A DNA stretch of 61,669 nt, the filler included, from Sphacelaria rigidula (taxonomy: Eukaryota), in assembly GCA_964200075.2 (NCBI GenBank). It is 7 parts of 7 records of this genome, joined end to end, with 100 filler letters (N's around TTAATTAATTAA, not from the genome) between each part and the next. Parts side by side here need not be neighbours in the genome. Positions count along the whole stretch, not along the records: positions 1 to 8,726 come from CAXNAA020010266.1; positions 8,827 to 17,551 come from CAXNAA020010267.1; 5 more parts are not named here. One strand, written 5' to 3'. Of the stretch, positions 1-12,252 are shown in pieces (position 1 is the stretch's first letter; each line of letters begins with the position of its first letter). The position numbers and the translations under genes were made by a program. The notes under the pieces are model-generated. The model did not search any database. It saw nothing but the letters and a program-made list of their open reading frames with translations, and was not told the origin of the DNA.

Positions 1-62
1 CTCCGCCTCGAAAGGGGTGCGTGGTCAATGATCAAACGACTAAGGCAAGCAACAAATGAGTC
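1..62 (-). repeat. Dispersed repeat, Helitron-like 3' terminal region (reverse-strand copy)
   Basis: The reverse complement matches 8833-8893 (ACTCATTTGTTGCTTGCCTTAGTCGTTTGAYCATTGACCACGCAYCCCTTTCGAGRCGGAG). Confidence 0.7.
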
Positions 63-106
63 CCCCCCCCCCCCCTCCCGCGCGCGCGCGTCCACCCTGT
101 CTGTAG

Positions 107-1809
107 GACGCGTTGAACCGATTCCTAGAAGCTAGCAACCCGTTGGTCAGGCTCATGCTGGATGAGGTGGCGCGAATACTTGCCGCCTATCAGGAGCTAC
201 GCGACTCTCGGCTCGACGATGTCCTCGAGGTGAGACAGGTGCCTAGTTTTGTGTTTTTTCTTATCTCGTGCTGTTGTGGCCAAGCAGGGACCCCATAGCG
301 TGTGCGGTGCAACTATGAGAAAATATTATATTTCACATTATTAGCACGTTCTTTTGCTATGAGATTCCGGATACGTGTTTCGGATGCGATGCTCACGTAG
401 TCTATTCACACTTGGCATCAGGAACAGTGTGCACAGCAATGTCTGCTTGGCATCATCCCAAAGCAATCTTGAACGATCTAGTGGCGTGCACGGCAAGATG
501 CCCCTACTTGCATGACGAAGTACGCGCACCGTTGTGACAACAAAATTACTGTGTCAGCACGACCGCTTCTGTCCCCGTTTCTAACTCCCTGCCCGTCACG
601 CTGCCCCCCCCGCCGCCCACATCCATCCGATTCGCAGGCCTTATTCCCTTGCGTATCGAAGGCCATCGCGAACACATTCGGGTCGGCCTCGTACACCCTG
701 GGCGCCTCAGAGTATGAGCTGCGCTCGGCCGACCTCCCCGGCGCCCGTCGCGTGCTGCAGGCGGCGACAGAGGCCATGGTAGGCAGCGGCGACGGCGAAA
801 GCGCAGCCGCGCGGGGGACGGTGGCAGGGACGGACGCTGTGGGGTTGGGGTGTCAAGCAGCGCTTCTTCAAGAGCCGTTTGAAGAACTCGTGCGGAGGTT
901 GGCGGTGAGGGTTGCAGGAGGCGTGGCGACCGCTGCGCGGACGAAGGGCTTGAGGAATACCGGGGGTGGGGGTGGAGGCGGTCGTGGCCACGGGGGGGTG
1001 TTCACGGAGTGGGGGGCGCTGCTGTTGAGAAAGGAAGTCCGAACGTTGCAGCAAGGGTTGGCGGCCATGATGGAGACGGATTCCCTCAACAAGGAGTTTG
1101 GTGAAGTGAACGAGATGGTGAGCAAAACACAAAAGTCGAGAAGATTGAGCGGGTAGGAGCGCGACGGTGTTGTTGTTGTTGTTACATCCGGCAATCGATC
1201 GTCGCTCTTCAATGACAATGCCATGGGACCGCGGTTAGCCGTATGGGTACAAAGTAGTAGCTACACCGTCGCGCGTGGCTTGGACCTGAGAGGCGGTGCC
1301 GCTATCCATAGCAGCAAATTGTTCATCAATCATTTCATGGGGGACACACACACACGCATGTGCTTCATTTGTCTTTTCAATTACCCCCGCGCCTGCGGTC
1401 AGCCGGCAAACCAACAGCCGAGGCAACATGTCTTTTTTGTTGATCATATACGTCTCGAGAGCAATGCCTCGTTCAGCAATTGTCTCGACAACACTTCAGC
1501 CGTAGCCCCTTGCTCTTCTTTCCTTCGCAGGGATGACGGTCAGCCCACCGCCCTTCGCTACCATTTGCTCGTTTCTTACACCAGGACATCGATTACCCTC
1601 GGTTTTTGCCCGCCACTATAACCCAGGTTCATCTCCTTAACTTCGAGAGGCCGTCAGACGTTTATGAGTACCGTTTGCCAGTGATCGGTGCGACCGTAGG
1701 GCCAGATGGTGGGGGAGACAAGGCGCCCTTGCCGCCGGAGCATATGAAAGATATCCTCCGACTGAGGGTCGAATTCCAACGAGAAGCGATAGATGCCCTG
1801 GAGTTGTAG
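107..1809 (+). CDS. COG4: Conserved oligomeric Golgi complex subunit 4, last three coding exons (107-229, 638-1117, 1627-1809)
   Basis: All junctions are GT-AG and phase 0. The spliced C-terminus FTEWGALLLRKEVRTL...KEFGEVNEM|VHLLNFERPSDVYEY...LPPEHMKDILRLRVEFQREAIDALEL* matches the COG4 C-terminal pattern (F..LGGLQFDKELR...LNLE...L...EVR..L.LR.DF....I..L.L). The 5' part is off the contig. Confidence 0.85.
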
Positions 1810-3257
1810 AGTAGTCTACTCGTAATACCCGCACGACAGTGTGCCTTTTTGGCCGTTTAAAATGTGTGGTTCTATATTTCACGTACGATTTAGAAATAGT
1901 ACGTCAAACACTTTACAAATAGTGCCTTTCGGTTGTTGTTGAACTCGGTCGAGAGTTTGAAGTCGTGTTTACTGTGTTGTACTGGTTTTACGATGTTTGT
2001 TGGGAGATATACCTGGGGGTCGATAGTACGAAATGGGGCTCTTTTCGCTTCCTTTTGGCCGGGAAGATGAAACAGATGCAGTCTAATGTGTTTCAAGGTG
2101 AAAGTATAGTATTGCCCTCGCAGACGCTGCCTACGCGTTGGATGGTCATGCAAGCACGAAAAATTCACGTATTTGAAAGATGTTATTCTGGAAGATGTTT
2201 TTTTTTGTGGAATAGGCATGCGCTGCACTACAGCTTGGAAGATCATGATCGCACACACAGGATCATTTATACTTGTATCGTTTATGTGGGGTGCGGGCGT
2301 TGGCTTGGCGTGAGGGACAAACAAGTTGTGAATGTACCAAGTATGCATGACGTATGATCTCACATGAAACCGTCGCTACTGTGCCGTTGCCCCGTAGGCG
2401 GTGGTTTCTGCTGAATAAACGAGTGACAATTGAATGGAACTCAGACGTCTGACCTGATTTTGCTATGCTCGACATGACGGGTGCTCGTGGCTTTCGGTGG
2501 GGCACGCTCACCATGAAACAGAGGATGGTCGCAATTTATCGGATATTTTTTAGCTTTGAATATCCCGCAATATGTTGCACTCGTTGCCTTTTTTGACGCA
2601 CGGTTAGTGTCAAACATTTCTTTATTTTTTTCGGCGTCACTACGGCGTGTCTTGGAACTACAGAAGCCACCGCTTTCTTTTACGCGAACCTAGCTGTCCA
2701 GAAAAAAAAGAAGATTGGGTCGTGAGATGGTTCGCCCATCTGTCGCACAACAGTTCCTCAGAGGTACTTACGCGATCGGCAGACACGTCCTTTTTTCTCC
2801 TCTTTTTTTCCTTCCGGTGGGCTTTTGTTGAGAAGCTGCTATCTCGAAACCACAGAGCCAAACGAATCAAAAACGTGGGGCTTGACACTCCTCTCACGAG
2901 GTGACACCTACGGTTGGTTGTGCACGGTACGAGGTGGATGGTCATGACGAAGTTTGTTGTTCTGGGGCCGAAAAATCTGGCCAAATCTGAAATCTCCCGA
3001 CAGCGAAAACTTCAAAAGTTAGACCAAGAAAATTCTGATCGCGACAAGGGATAATCTCAGGCTCTGCACCGACACAAGATCCCCCTCACTGGAAGAATTT
3101 GACGAGATGATTCTCCGATTGCACAGCTTCTGGTCACGTGGCCGCCATACGCCGAGAGGATACTGTAATAGATTTGTGTTTCCTATTACCCCGGGGTGTA
3201 ATACTGGGATTACTTACGGGTCGTCAATGTATGGTCCTGTATTACTTGCGCATATGT

Positions 3258-4032
3258 ACAGGTCGCCGCGATGGCTTAGTTGGTAACTTCGAAACCGTCT
3301 AACCGTTGGGTCGTGGGTTCCAATCTTGGTGAAGTCACACGACCTGGGATATTTTTCTCACACTGTGCCCAACAGTGGAGAGCGACTATGTCGTGGGTAT
3401 ACAAAATTTGACCTGACGATCGACGAGGGAAGGGGGCAATCAACCCCTCTCGCGATAAAAAATAAGGCAAGCACCGCAGAAGGAGGGTGGAGTACTAAAC
3501 TAAAACAAGAAAAAATCTTGTGTTGGCCTTCCTCTTGTCTGTGTAACCCCGGCTGATGCGCCCACACACACCGAAAGGTAACAGTGGATTTTCGAAAATG
3601 AGGTTCAACTCAAAAGCCGTGCTTTCCCTGACCTAAATTCATGAGAATCACTTTCATACGGACTACCTCATCCTTCTCGACCCCCCAAAAACTATTTCGG
3701 GGAGTTCCTAGCCTTCCCTTCTCCCAAAGGGTATGGGCGAAAGCACTCTTTTGCCTCGATTTTGGGGTGAAAAAAAGACGTTTTTTGGCCCAAAAATCGT
3801 GCTTTCGCAAATATCCTTTGGGGGAACGGAAGGCTAGAAACCCCCCCAAATAGTTTGAGGGTGGTCGGGAGGGGTGAGGTCGTCCATATGAAAGTCATTT
3901 GTCATGAATTTAGGTCAGGGAAAGCACGGCTTTTGAGTCGAACCTCATTTTTTTGTTCAACCCCATTTTCGAAAATCCACTGTTGGGTGTAGATTGGCGC
4001 CCAGATATATATGGGAGGACGAAACACACACA
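3258..4032 (+). mobile_element. tRNA-headed SINE copy 1, split by a MITE at 3580-3985
   Basis: A-box-like TGGCTTAGTTGG and B-box-like GGTTCCAATC at the 5' end. The body is homologous to copies at 6320-6440, 13338-13695 and 24738-25092, and it ends in a CA-rich tail. Confidence 0.8.
3580..3985. mobile_element. Foldback MITE (~405 bp, nearly fully palindromic) inserted in a SINE
   Basis: Terminal inverted repeat AACAGTGGATTTTCGAAAATG / CATTTTCGAAAATCCACTGTT. Inner arms such as TCAAAAGCCGTGCTTTCCCTGACCTAAATTCATGA / TCATGAATTTAGGTCAGGGAAAGCACGGCTTTTGA. The SINE sequence CCGAAAGGT|GTAGATTGG resumes on both sides. Confidence 0.85.
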
Positions 4033-5015
4033 GTCGTGCAATTACATGATGTGTACTTGAGTCTTTTTGCCACTTGATCCCCACTCGCTTGGTAGTCAAA
4101 ATGCGAAGGTCGAGACATGATGGGCTGACTGCTTCCAGCCTGTATTTTCAACACTGACTCATCATGCCTCCTTGTTTATGACGAGGCACCTCTTATTTCT
4201 CTTTGCTAACGGACGCCTCCGTATATCGGGGACGTACGGAGAGATTTTCTTGGGATGTCTCACCAGAACATGATTCGAGTAGTGCGTGGCACAATCTAAA
4301 TTCAAATGAGCTCTGACGTGACCGGTGCTGGTTCCCCGTTTTCTCCTGCCCCCAACATGACGTCCCTTAGCTCAGAGCAGTTTTCCAGTCTCCACAACCG
4401 CCTCATATCCATCCTGTCTGCAGACACAAGTGTGAGTAATTCCTCGTCTCTAGTTCATGGCAACTCTGATCTACTGCACTGTTGTACCATCCGTGTTTCG
4501 ATGGATAATGTTTGAAAAGACCGAAGGCTGCTCGTGGACCTTTAGCCAAAATCTGTTCTGTTGTTTCGTGGGTGCCGTTTGGACGTCGCACATATCATTG
4601 AAATGCTTCTATTGCTATTAGTTCAACTTTTACGTCATGCTAAAGCTTGGAAAGTAAGGCCCTACAGGCTCATGCAGCACGTGCAACCGGACGCCTCGTC
4701 CTGGGTCATGCAAACCTCTGTATGGCAGATACCACCCCCCGTCGAACCGGTTTCGGAGACTGAGTTCATGCGCAGTGTGCCTGCATCGCTCTACACTGCT
4801 CTTCGCGATAGCCAACTAGTATGCTTGCAGCGATTGAGCTTACTCGAAAAGTTGGAAGTCCAATATACCCGACAATTACCGAGAACGAGGACAGTGGCAC
4901 TGCTGCTGGGTCTCTGTTTTTGAACCTCACGTCTCAATCGACCACATCTCCCTTGCTCGCGATGTGTGCAATGCTATGCCGTCTTGCCGCGTCTCTCTTC
5001 ATCTTGTCTTCAAAG

Positions 5016-8000
5016 AATATCGGGGTAAACAGCGAAGTACTTTCGGAAAAATTCGGCGATGACTACCCTTTGCTCGTCGACGTCGTCAACTCGCTGCTCT
5101 TCGATGTGAGTCGCTCGAATTCTGGTGTTGCAAACTGTTACAAGCTGGGTCGGACAAGAACTCGGGATTCGCCAATATCGCGACGCGGAGCTAACCTTCC
5201 GAGTAAGAACCTGAAATTTTTAGTTTTGACGCGCGATTGACAAAGTACTCGCTGACACATGTCTTGACACCCCAAGCTCCCCCCCTCATTTTATTGGTCG
5301 AGATACGACCGACAAGTAGAATTGACCGTTTGCTTGGTCGGTCTTATCTCGCCCCCCCCCCAAGAAAAAACTCGGGGTTTCAAGACATGCGTCGGCGAGG
5401 ACCGGGCCGATCACGGGTCAGAATTCCAGGTCCCAAGTCGACAAGGTTGACTCCTCGTGGTGACTTTTTGGCAATGTAATCTATTGTCCAGGGTGTGGAT
5501 TTTTGCATATATTGTTCCGAAATTGCTCCTGATACAAAACTACATACTCCGAAATATACAACAGGGAATAAAGTATTTCGGCTTTTAGTTTCGAACGACG
5601 ATGAGTCACAGAATGAGACATTCACCGTGAGACATTCACCGTTTGTTTCGCATGGGGATCAATACGCTCAGGAAGTAGTCAAATTCGACATCATTATTTT
5701 TTATCAAGAATTCCAGGAGAGCCAAGACAAGAACCCGATCACGTATAAATTGCGAAAACGGAGACGCGAGTGTAAACACACTATGATATTGCACTGGTAA
5801 CAACAGCTGCAGCCAGTCCATCCACGTTATTCCTCGTCCGTACAATCGACCTTTTCTTCGACAACGATGACTTACCCGCCAGGTATTGGACGGAGGGTAC
5901 CGCGTGTTGCCTGTGCAACGTCGCACACGGTAGACATGGGTCATCAGCAAACTCGAACATACATCGTTGGGGCCTGTATTGTGCGGAGAACTGCCTGCCG
6001 ATTCGTGGGCGCAAAAGGCTGTGTATTGTGTGTAAATACGTGCAACATTTGCTGCACGCACACCAACCCCTTGACCATGAAGCGTCCAGGATCTTCACTG
6101 CAGGAGCAGTCGTTTTTCAAAACTCGAGTCACGACGTTGTGCACTGGTGTATTATTTGGTCTCGAATGGACTGCTTTGCGGTCAAAGGATCTACATGAGG
6201 AGTGATGCAATGATGGTATCGAAATGAAACTAGTTCGGCACTCCCTTCCTTCTCGCGAGCGCACAGTCAATGAAAGTCAGATAGCAGGTTGTCGGGACGA
6301 GAATAGATGGGAACACTGTGAAAAACTACTGTGTTGGCCTTCCTCCTGTGTGACCCCGGCTGGTGCGCCCACGTATACCGAAAGGTGTAGATTGGCGTCC
6401 ATAAAAGATGGGATGACAACACACACACAACACACACACTGTAGGCATCTTTTGTAGGATCTTTTTTCACATATTTTGCTCCGGATCCTCACGATACCAC
6501 GAGATACAGGACGTTGCACCGCTGTCGATATTCCATCGTTTATTTGCTGACGTCGGCCGCTCAGTATCTGAACACACTAGTATCTGTGCATGTTCTCGTG
6601 TGCGCGTTCGTCCCCTTGTACTCTGCAGAATCGATTGCAATTATCCAAGGGAGAGGGGGATACGATGTGGTACAAGCTAGTTCAAGAAGAGAAGGCCAAG
6701 AAGCTCACGGGACTCACGTAAGTCCACAGTCTAAGGAAAGTGAGCACAGACGGCCTAGCTCACTTCTGGGCACCCGAAGGAGTACCCGCATGGGGGCTAG
6801 TTCTGCCAGTGGAAGGCCACCACAGCACGTCAACCTCCTGCTGTCTTCGTGTAGGTATTGGGGAGCAAACTGCACAGTGTGGTGTCCATCATATGGTCGC
6901 ATTTTCCCGTGAAGTAATAAAACAAGTGAACATTGTCCCAACACATTCGTGTCTTCGGGCTGTTGACACATGTCATTATTTATGTTTTCGTTTTTTTCGA
7001 TCTGTCGTTCGACTCTTGCGCCCTCGTGTATGTGTGTGCGAGCGGCAGGCCAGAGCAAATGATGATCTACCAAGTTATTGAAAAGGCTGGAAACACAGGC
7101 ATCTGGACGCGTGACATCAAAACAACCACGAACGTGAACCAGGTATGTCTTTTGCCGCAGGAAGGGATCTCACGCCCGCGTCCGGGTACGAATACTGTAC
7201 GATCAATACACCTCGTGCTACAGTTGCAACAGCTTGCTGGTGAAAATATCGGGAGGTTAAGAATTCCCCCCCCCCGCCCCTCCCCGGTCCTATGGTGAGA
7301 CACCCATAGAGGCCGTCGGTCAACCATGGCTGTCTCTGGAAGTGGCGATACCAGAGAATGAAGCAACTCACTGGAGGCTGCCATCCAAATACAAGATAAT
7401 CAGTACGCTTCGGGTCAAGGGATCGTAGCAGGATGCAGCTTACCCTTCTTACGACACGTCGAACACATCACCGCGCTTCGCGCTTGGTGGCTGATAGCGA
7501 GCCTGGTCCGGCGGAAACCCGACGTGCTCCGTCCCGGCTCTGTAGGGGTGCGAGGTCGATGGTCCTATGACTATGGCATGCAAGATCATGAGTACACCCC
7601 CCCTCCCCGGTCCTCTGTCCTGCTTTTGTTGTGCTTGCACCTTGCAGACTACACTCACCAAGACTCTCAAGTCGTTGGAAGGGCGACATCTGATCAAGCC
7701 TACGAAGTCGGTGGTCAGCAAAAGCAAGAAATTCTACATGCTCTACGAACTAAGTACGTTTTCAGTCCTCCTGCGCTAAGCCGCTGCCACGTTGATCCCC
7801 AAACGGCGGCCTATCACCACAGTGATTGACTCGCTAGCTCCCTACCTCCCGATTCGAATCGTGTTCGTACGAAATATACCCAACACGCAAGTTCAGCCTG
7901 GGATGCGTTTTCAGTGACGTCGTGTTGGGCGTGTTGTTACCGCCAGCCTTTCGAGAGCACTTCCGCCCCGGGTGTTGACGTCTCCAAGCCGACTTCAGGA

Positions 8001-8482
8001 CTGTATCAGCCTTTTTCACGGCAGAGGCGTACGTTGACACGCTGCGGCAATACTCATCAGACCAATTCGCTCGCGCGGAAGTACGCAAGTACAAGACGCT
8101 CTAGTCATAGTCTGGTAGACGACGTGTTTGTCGCGGCTCCTGGCGTTTTGGAAAAATGCAAACGTAGTCACATATCGTTTTTCCTGCCCAGCGCTCGTTT
8201 CCGTGCTTTTGCCGACTAGGGATACTTTTGAATGAGGAAAATCTGCCTGCCTCCATATGTCAGTACTGCCCTACGTTTTTGCGGTCGCTGACTTTCCAGA
8301 CCCAACACGCATGCTCGTCCTCGATTTCCTTCACTGTATAATGCGCGTTTTGCGACAATTTGGCTGGGACGAAAGCACCGACGAAGGAAATGACGGGAGG
8401 CCCGTGGTACACCGATCAGGAATTCGACTACGAGTTCGTCAAGCACCTCTCTAACTATGTTCTCAGCTATGTCAAAGGGCAG
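5016..8482 (+). CDS. POLR3F: DNA-directed RNA polymerase III subunit RPC6/C34, internal exons 5016-5105, 6629-6717, 7049-7142, 7648-7753, 8376-8482
   Basis: GT-AG, phase-compatible splicing gives ...LVDVVNSLLFD|NRLQLSK...AKKLTGLT|PEQMMIYQVIEKAGNTGIWTRDIKTTTNVNQ|TTLTKTLKSLEGRHLIKPTKSVVSKSKKFYMLYEL|TPTKEMTGGPWYTDQEFDYEFV. AGNxGIW, KxYMLY and TGGPWYTDQEFD are RPC34 hallmarks. First exon not located; 3' exons lie beyond the contig end. Confidence 0.92.
6320..6440 (+). mobile_element. 5'-truncated SINE copy (3' body and CA tail) in a POLR3F intron
   Basis: TGTGTTGGCCTTCCTCCTGTGTGACCCCGGCTGGTGCGCCCAC...CCGAAAGGTGTAGATTGGCGTCC...ACACACAC matches the other copies. Confidence 0.75.
7266..7351 (+). 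repeat. Short dispersed repeat, also at 43951-44023
   Basis: Poly-C, then TGGTKAGACACCCAT...CCRTGGCTGTCTCTGGAAGTGGCGATA, shared between contigs 1 and 5. Confidence 0.7.
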
Positions 8483-8726
8483 GTGGGGTGTTCGGCAGAA
8501 ACTGTACTTTCGTTGAATCGGTGCCTGGTTGTTGTTCGAGTGCACCATTTCATATGCGGCTATGCAAACAGAGAAATGGACGTCAAAAGTGCGTAGGAAT
8601 GAGCTTCCCGCCGCCGTATGAGGCATCCGCCCCCCTATGCATGCACCCGCCTCCAACTAACAACAGTGTTTTCGTGATATTGAGAGTAGATGATACGATC
8701 GAGAGTGGCTTTGATCATTCGCTTTA

Positions 8727-8826
8727 NNNNNNNNNNNNNNNNNNNNNNNNNNNNNNNNNNNNNNNNNNNNTTAATTAATTAANNNNNNNNNNNNNNNNNN
8801 NNNNNNNNNNNNNNNNNNNNNNNNNN
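8727..8826. other. Artificial contig spacer (44 N + TTAATTAATTAA + 44 N)
   Basis: An identical 100-nt structure occurs six times; the 12-mer has stops in all six frames. Confidence 0.98.
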
Positions 8827-8903
8827 GGGGGGTACTCATTTGTTGCTTGCCTTAGTCGTTTGACCATTGACCACGCATCCCTTTCGAGACGGAGCAACCT
8901 AGT
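8827..8903 (+). mobile_element. Helitron-like 3' terminus (hairpin + CTAG|T)
   Basis: Imperfect hairpin GCATCCCTTTCGAGACGGAGC, then AAC, CTAG (8899-8902) and T, which is the canonical Helitron 3' end arrangement. Homologous copies at 1-62 and 25632-25705. Confidence 0.6.
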
Positions 8904-9120
8904 AACGTGTGGGGTGAGAGAATGGAAGTGAGACATTATTTACGTCGAAGTGACACGTCCGGCGTATGCCCACGACGAACAAAAACTCCGAACGACAGCA
9001 TTGTGACCATACCGACAGGGAAAAAATTAGAGTCACACACAAGTTAAGACAAGGGGAAACATGGAAGGGACGCGATCAAGCGGCATCACGTACCCGCTTA
9101 TTCCACGATTGGATGCTTAC

Positions 9121-9316
9121 CAGGCCGTCGATTCCGTCCATGCGCCGATCTGCCTCTGCAGCTAGGGTAGAGCATCCTTCCTCGGTAGCCACATCTGCCA
9201 CAACGAAGAAAAACTGACACGCCGGGTACAGTTCGACCAGGCGCGTGGTGGCTTTGGCACCCTTCTCCACATCGCGGGCGCTGGTGGTTACGGCACGAGC
9301 TCCTGCTCTGGCAATG
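9121..9316 (-). CDS. Exon of a short-chain dehydrogenase/reductase (Rossmann fold)
   Basis: Translation IARAGARAVTTSARDVEKGAKATTRL...FFFVVADVATEEGCSTLAAEADRRMDGIDGL resembles the SDR alphaB-betaD segment (GA.V....R...ADV...G.ID.L) and ends at a GTAAGC donor just before the expected VNNAG. The acceptor position is approximate. Confidence 0.6.
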
Positions 9317-12160
9317 CTTTTAGCGCAAGTCAGAGGAGCAGATTACTTGGTCGCCTACGACGTACTCTATAATACAAGTAACAACGGTGTTCGGGCAATA
9401 ACTACCGTCTTCGTTTAATCGAGCGGCAGTGCCCTGATGGATACGCCTACAGCCCAGCTCTGACGAATAGATGCAGATGCAGGTCAGGCAGGTTTGAGAA
9501 TCAGTTTGAGTCGCCTTTGAACCAAAAGCCAGGAGTACAGAAACTCGTAAGGGCTTCAGACCACTTTTTACGGGCACCAGAAGGGCTTTCATCAAACGTG
9601 CCCATTTGAGACCTTCGGCAGCCTTTTTTTTTCGTGAAGAGTCGGCCAGGAAAATCATTCTAGCTCGGAATGATCTTCTCCACTGCGTGAGAAGATTCTG
9701 GCATACTTCGGTGATTTGGGGGAGAGGGGGGGAGGGGGGGAGGTGACACCCAAAAAAATGTCAATATCAAGAATGTGCGAGGATCAAGCAGTTGTTTCTC
9801 TCGGCCAAACCTCAAACCGCGCGCCCCACGAACCGCCAGTGTGCTGGAATTGTCTCACGCAGCGCAGCAAGTCATTGTGAGGTGACATTACCCGCCCGGA
9901 CATATTTTCACGCGAAAAACGCTGCTGGAGGTACACAAAGGCACGTTGATTAAAAAAAAAAAAACGGCTCTCAGCAGACGTGGTATCATGCGGCAAAACA
10001 ATGTCTTCTGGTATTTTTTGTATCGAGAAGCCTCCGGGCTACTTTGGATAAAAAAGCCACGTCGCCGCAAGGGACACCATGATGACTTATATGTAGCAAG
10101 GTATTTTCATCATTGGCCTTACACGGACGACTCAAACGTCGCCTACATAACCCTTTGAGCAACAGCTCCAACTCGCGGTGGCGCAACGGGACATACATAC
10201 CACGGGGGGACCGGCTGCAAAGACCTTGGAACATTTTCAAAAGGCGAGCATTGACGTTCAACAAGCGCGATGCCCCAATTTCGCCTTTGTAACCGTCGTG
10301 GAATCTCTCATCAATGTTGACAAAAGTTTTCACATCTCATCTGTATATCAGACGCACATGATGTTCATAATAACGATGCCAGGGGAATGGTAGACAACAT
10401 GCGCAGACTTCACCGTGCCGTACCGTACTGTTCTGTTTCAATGACTGCACGGCATGGTGCTCACAAAAACCAGCGCATGGTATATGATCCACAATAACTG
10501 GCATGATATTCTGTACTTAGTTCTTGACATTTATGTGGCTGGCGTTGTGTTGATCGCCTCAACTGTTGACACGTGCATTTTGGCCGTTGTGTAAATCAAG
10601 TCACGACAGCGCACACAAGGAAACTCACGCATTTCGCACCAAGACAGGACCGATTGTTTCCGTTTTTTTCGGAACAGCAAACAGCGCGCCGGTTTGGAAA
10701 CCAAAAACGGTTTTTCATGTGCGTTAAACGAAGTAAGTATTTTCATGCACCTCCACTGGGGGACTGATTCGAGACCTTTTTTTCAGTTTTTAGAGCTGCT
10801 TGCACGCCTTGAGCTCTAAACGTCTTCGCTGAAAGCGCCAGTTTTGACTCGCATTCCCGCCGAGAAATATCGAGGCGAAGGAAGAGTACTCTTTGAAAGT
10901 AGCCTACGATGAAGTGTCCATGCAAGAGCATCAGACCTTGCCCGAGGCAGCTGGGACCCCTCCGCCCGTTCACAGCGTCTCAGGCATAAGAAAATATCGA
11001 TGCGACCTTCGGTGCACGGCGTACCATCCGTAGCAAGTCGTTCAACATTTCGAGGGTGCTGTACTGGTGTACATGATGTCGGTTTCGAAGGAGGGATTTT
11101 CCCTCGGGAAAGGGGGTGCGGATTTTTGTGTGAAGAGAAACATGGGTCTCAAACTACTCATGGCGGGCATTCTTCAACGTCGAGCAACGCCGCACAGTAT
11201 ACCAGGCCTGTCCCCAACAGTCACGGCTGATTGATCCGGAAAGAGTGAATGGACATGAGTCATTCCCCAGGCCGGGCAGGATCGCGACGGAAACACCAAG
11301 GCAGGCTCAACCCGGTGCCTGACCTCCTTTCTCCCTGGTTGTCAGAGGCCAGATTCGACTAGTGGAATACAGAGAAGGCGACAAGATCGGGCGATACCGC
11401 AATCTCAAGAATGAGGGGGTCTTTTCCGCGTCATAGCGTGCAACCACACATATTCAACCGCCCAGAGAGTAACCCTCGACCGGCTTACCAGGCAGCGATC
11501 ACCATGCCCATGCCCTGTGTAGCTCCAGTCACCAGGAAAGATTTGCCTGGTAGTTACACACGAGAACACGCCCAACGCAGGGCAGAACAGCAGAGTATGA
11601 GGACGTTTTCCCCAATGGTGTGTGGTATCATCCTTTCACGGCTAGGTTGCATCCACGAAAATGTTGGAATGAGAAACGGAAACATGGGGTTTCGAAATTT
11701 AGAGGTGAGAAAAAAGCTTCCTCACCCCAGCACAGAATTGCAATCAGCCCCGAGAACAAAACAATCCCCGTCGACAAACTCCTTTCTTTGTATGCCTCCG
11801 TACTGCACCACTCGTGCAGCGTTGAATACCGCACAGTGCAGACGTATCGTGGATGGGTAGTGTATCTTATTATTTTGATACCATTCGATTCCGCGGCTAC
11901 CAAAGCGCTGAACGCTATGCCTTAGGCTGAATTTCGACACATATCGATACACGGGTCTTTGTAGAGGGCACCGTATATACCTCGGTAACACAGATTGGCG
12001 TTTCAGATAGGGCAACAGGCAAGAGGGGACAGAGTTCCCAAAAATTTGAAAGAAGGGAGTACGACAAACGCTGGCTGCGAGGAGGCTGAGTTGGTCTATA
12101 TAGGCCTCAAACGTCACCCGCCGTGTGCGAGCGTATCACACCGTGGACTACAGAATACTC

Positions 12161-12252
12161 TGTCAAAAAGTGTACTGTGTACAGAATCGACTATTGCGCC
12201 TATTGCAGCAGACAATAGATTCCATACTGTACGCAGTATATTTTTTTTGACA
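12161..12252. repeat. Imperfect ~90-bp inverted repeat
   Basis: TGTCAAAAAGTGTACTGTGTACAGAATC..CTATTG pairs with CAATAGATTC..CTGTACGCAGTATATTTTTTTTGACA. Confidence 0.6.

Noticed and set aside
2727-2900. First exon(s) of POLR3F (MVRPSVAQQFLR...)
   Set aside because: Plausible ATG and donor, but I could not make a convincing phase-compatible join to the exon at 5016.
3538-4033. Hammerhead ribozyme in the SINE 3' end (CTGATG...GGACGAAACAC in copy 1)
   Set aside because: The core needs CTGATGA and GAAA. The copies read CTGATGC, CTGGTGC or CTGATGT, and three of four lack GAAA. Stem I would be only ~2 bp.
4300-4900. Decayed hAT transposase TTF-type zinc finger on the minus strand
   Set aside because: The resemblance requires several frameshifts and stops; too weak without a search.
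8771-8782. TTAATTAATTAA as a biological motif
   Set aside because: It is embedded symmetrically in N runs six times; an artificial linker.
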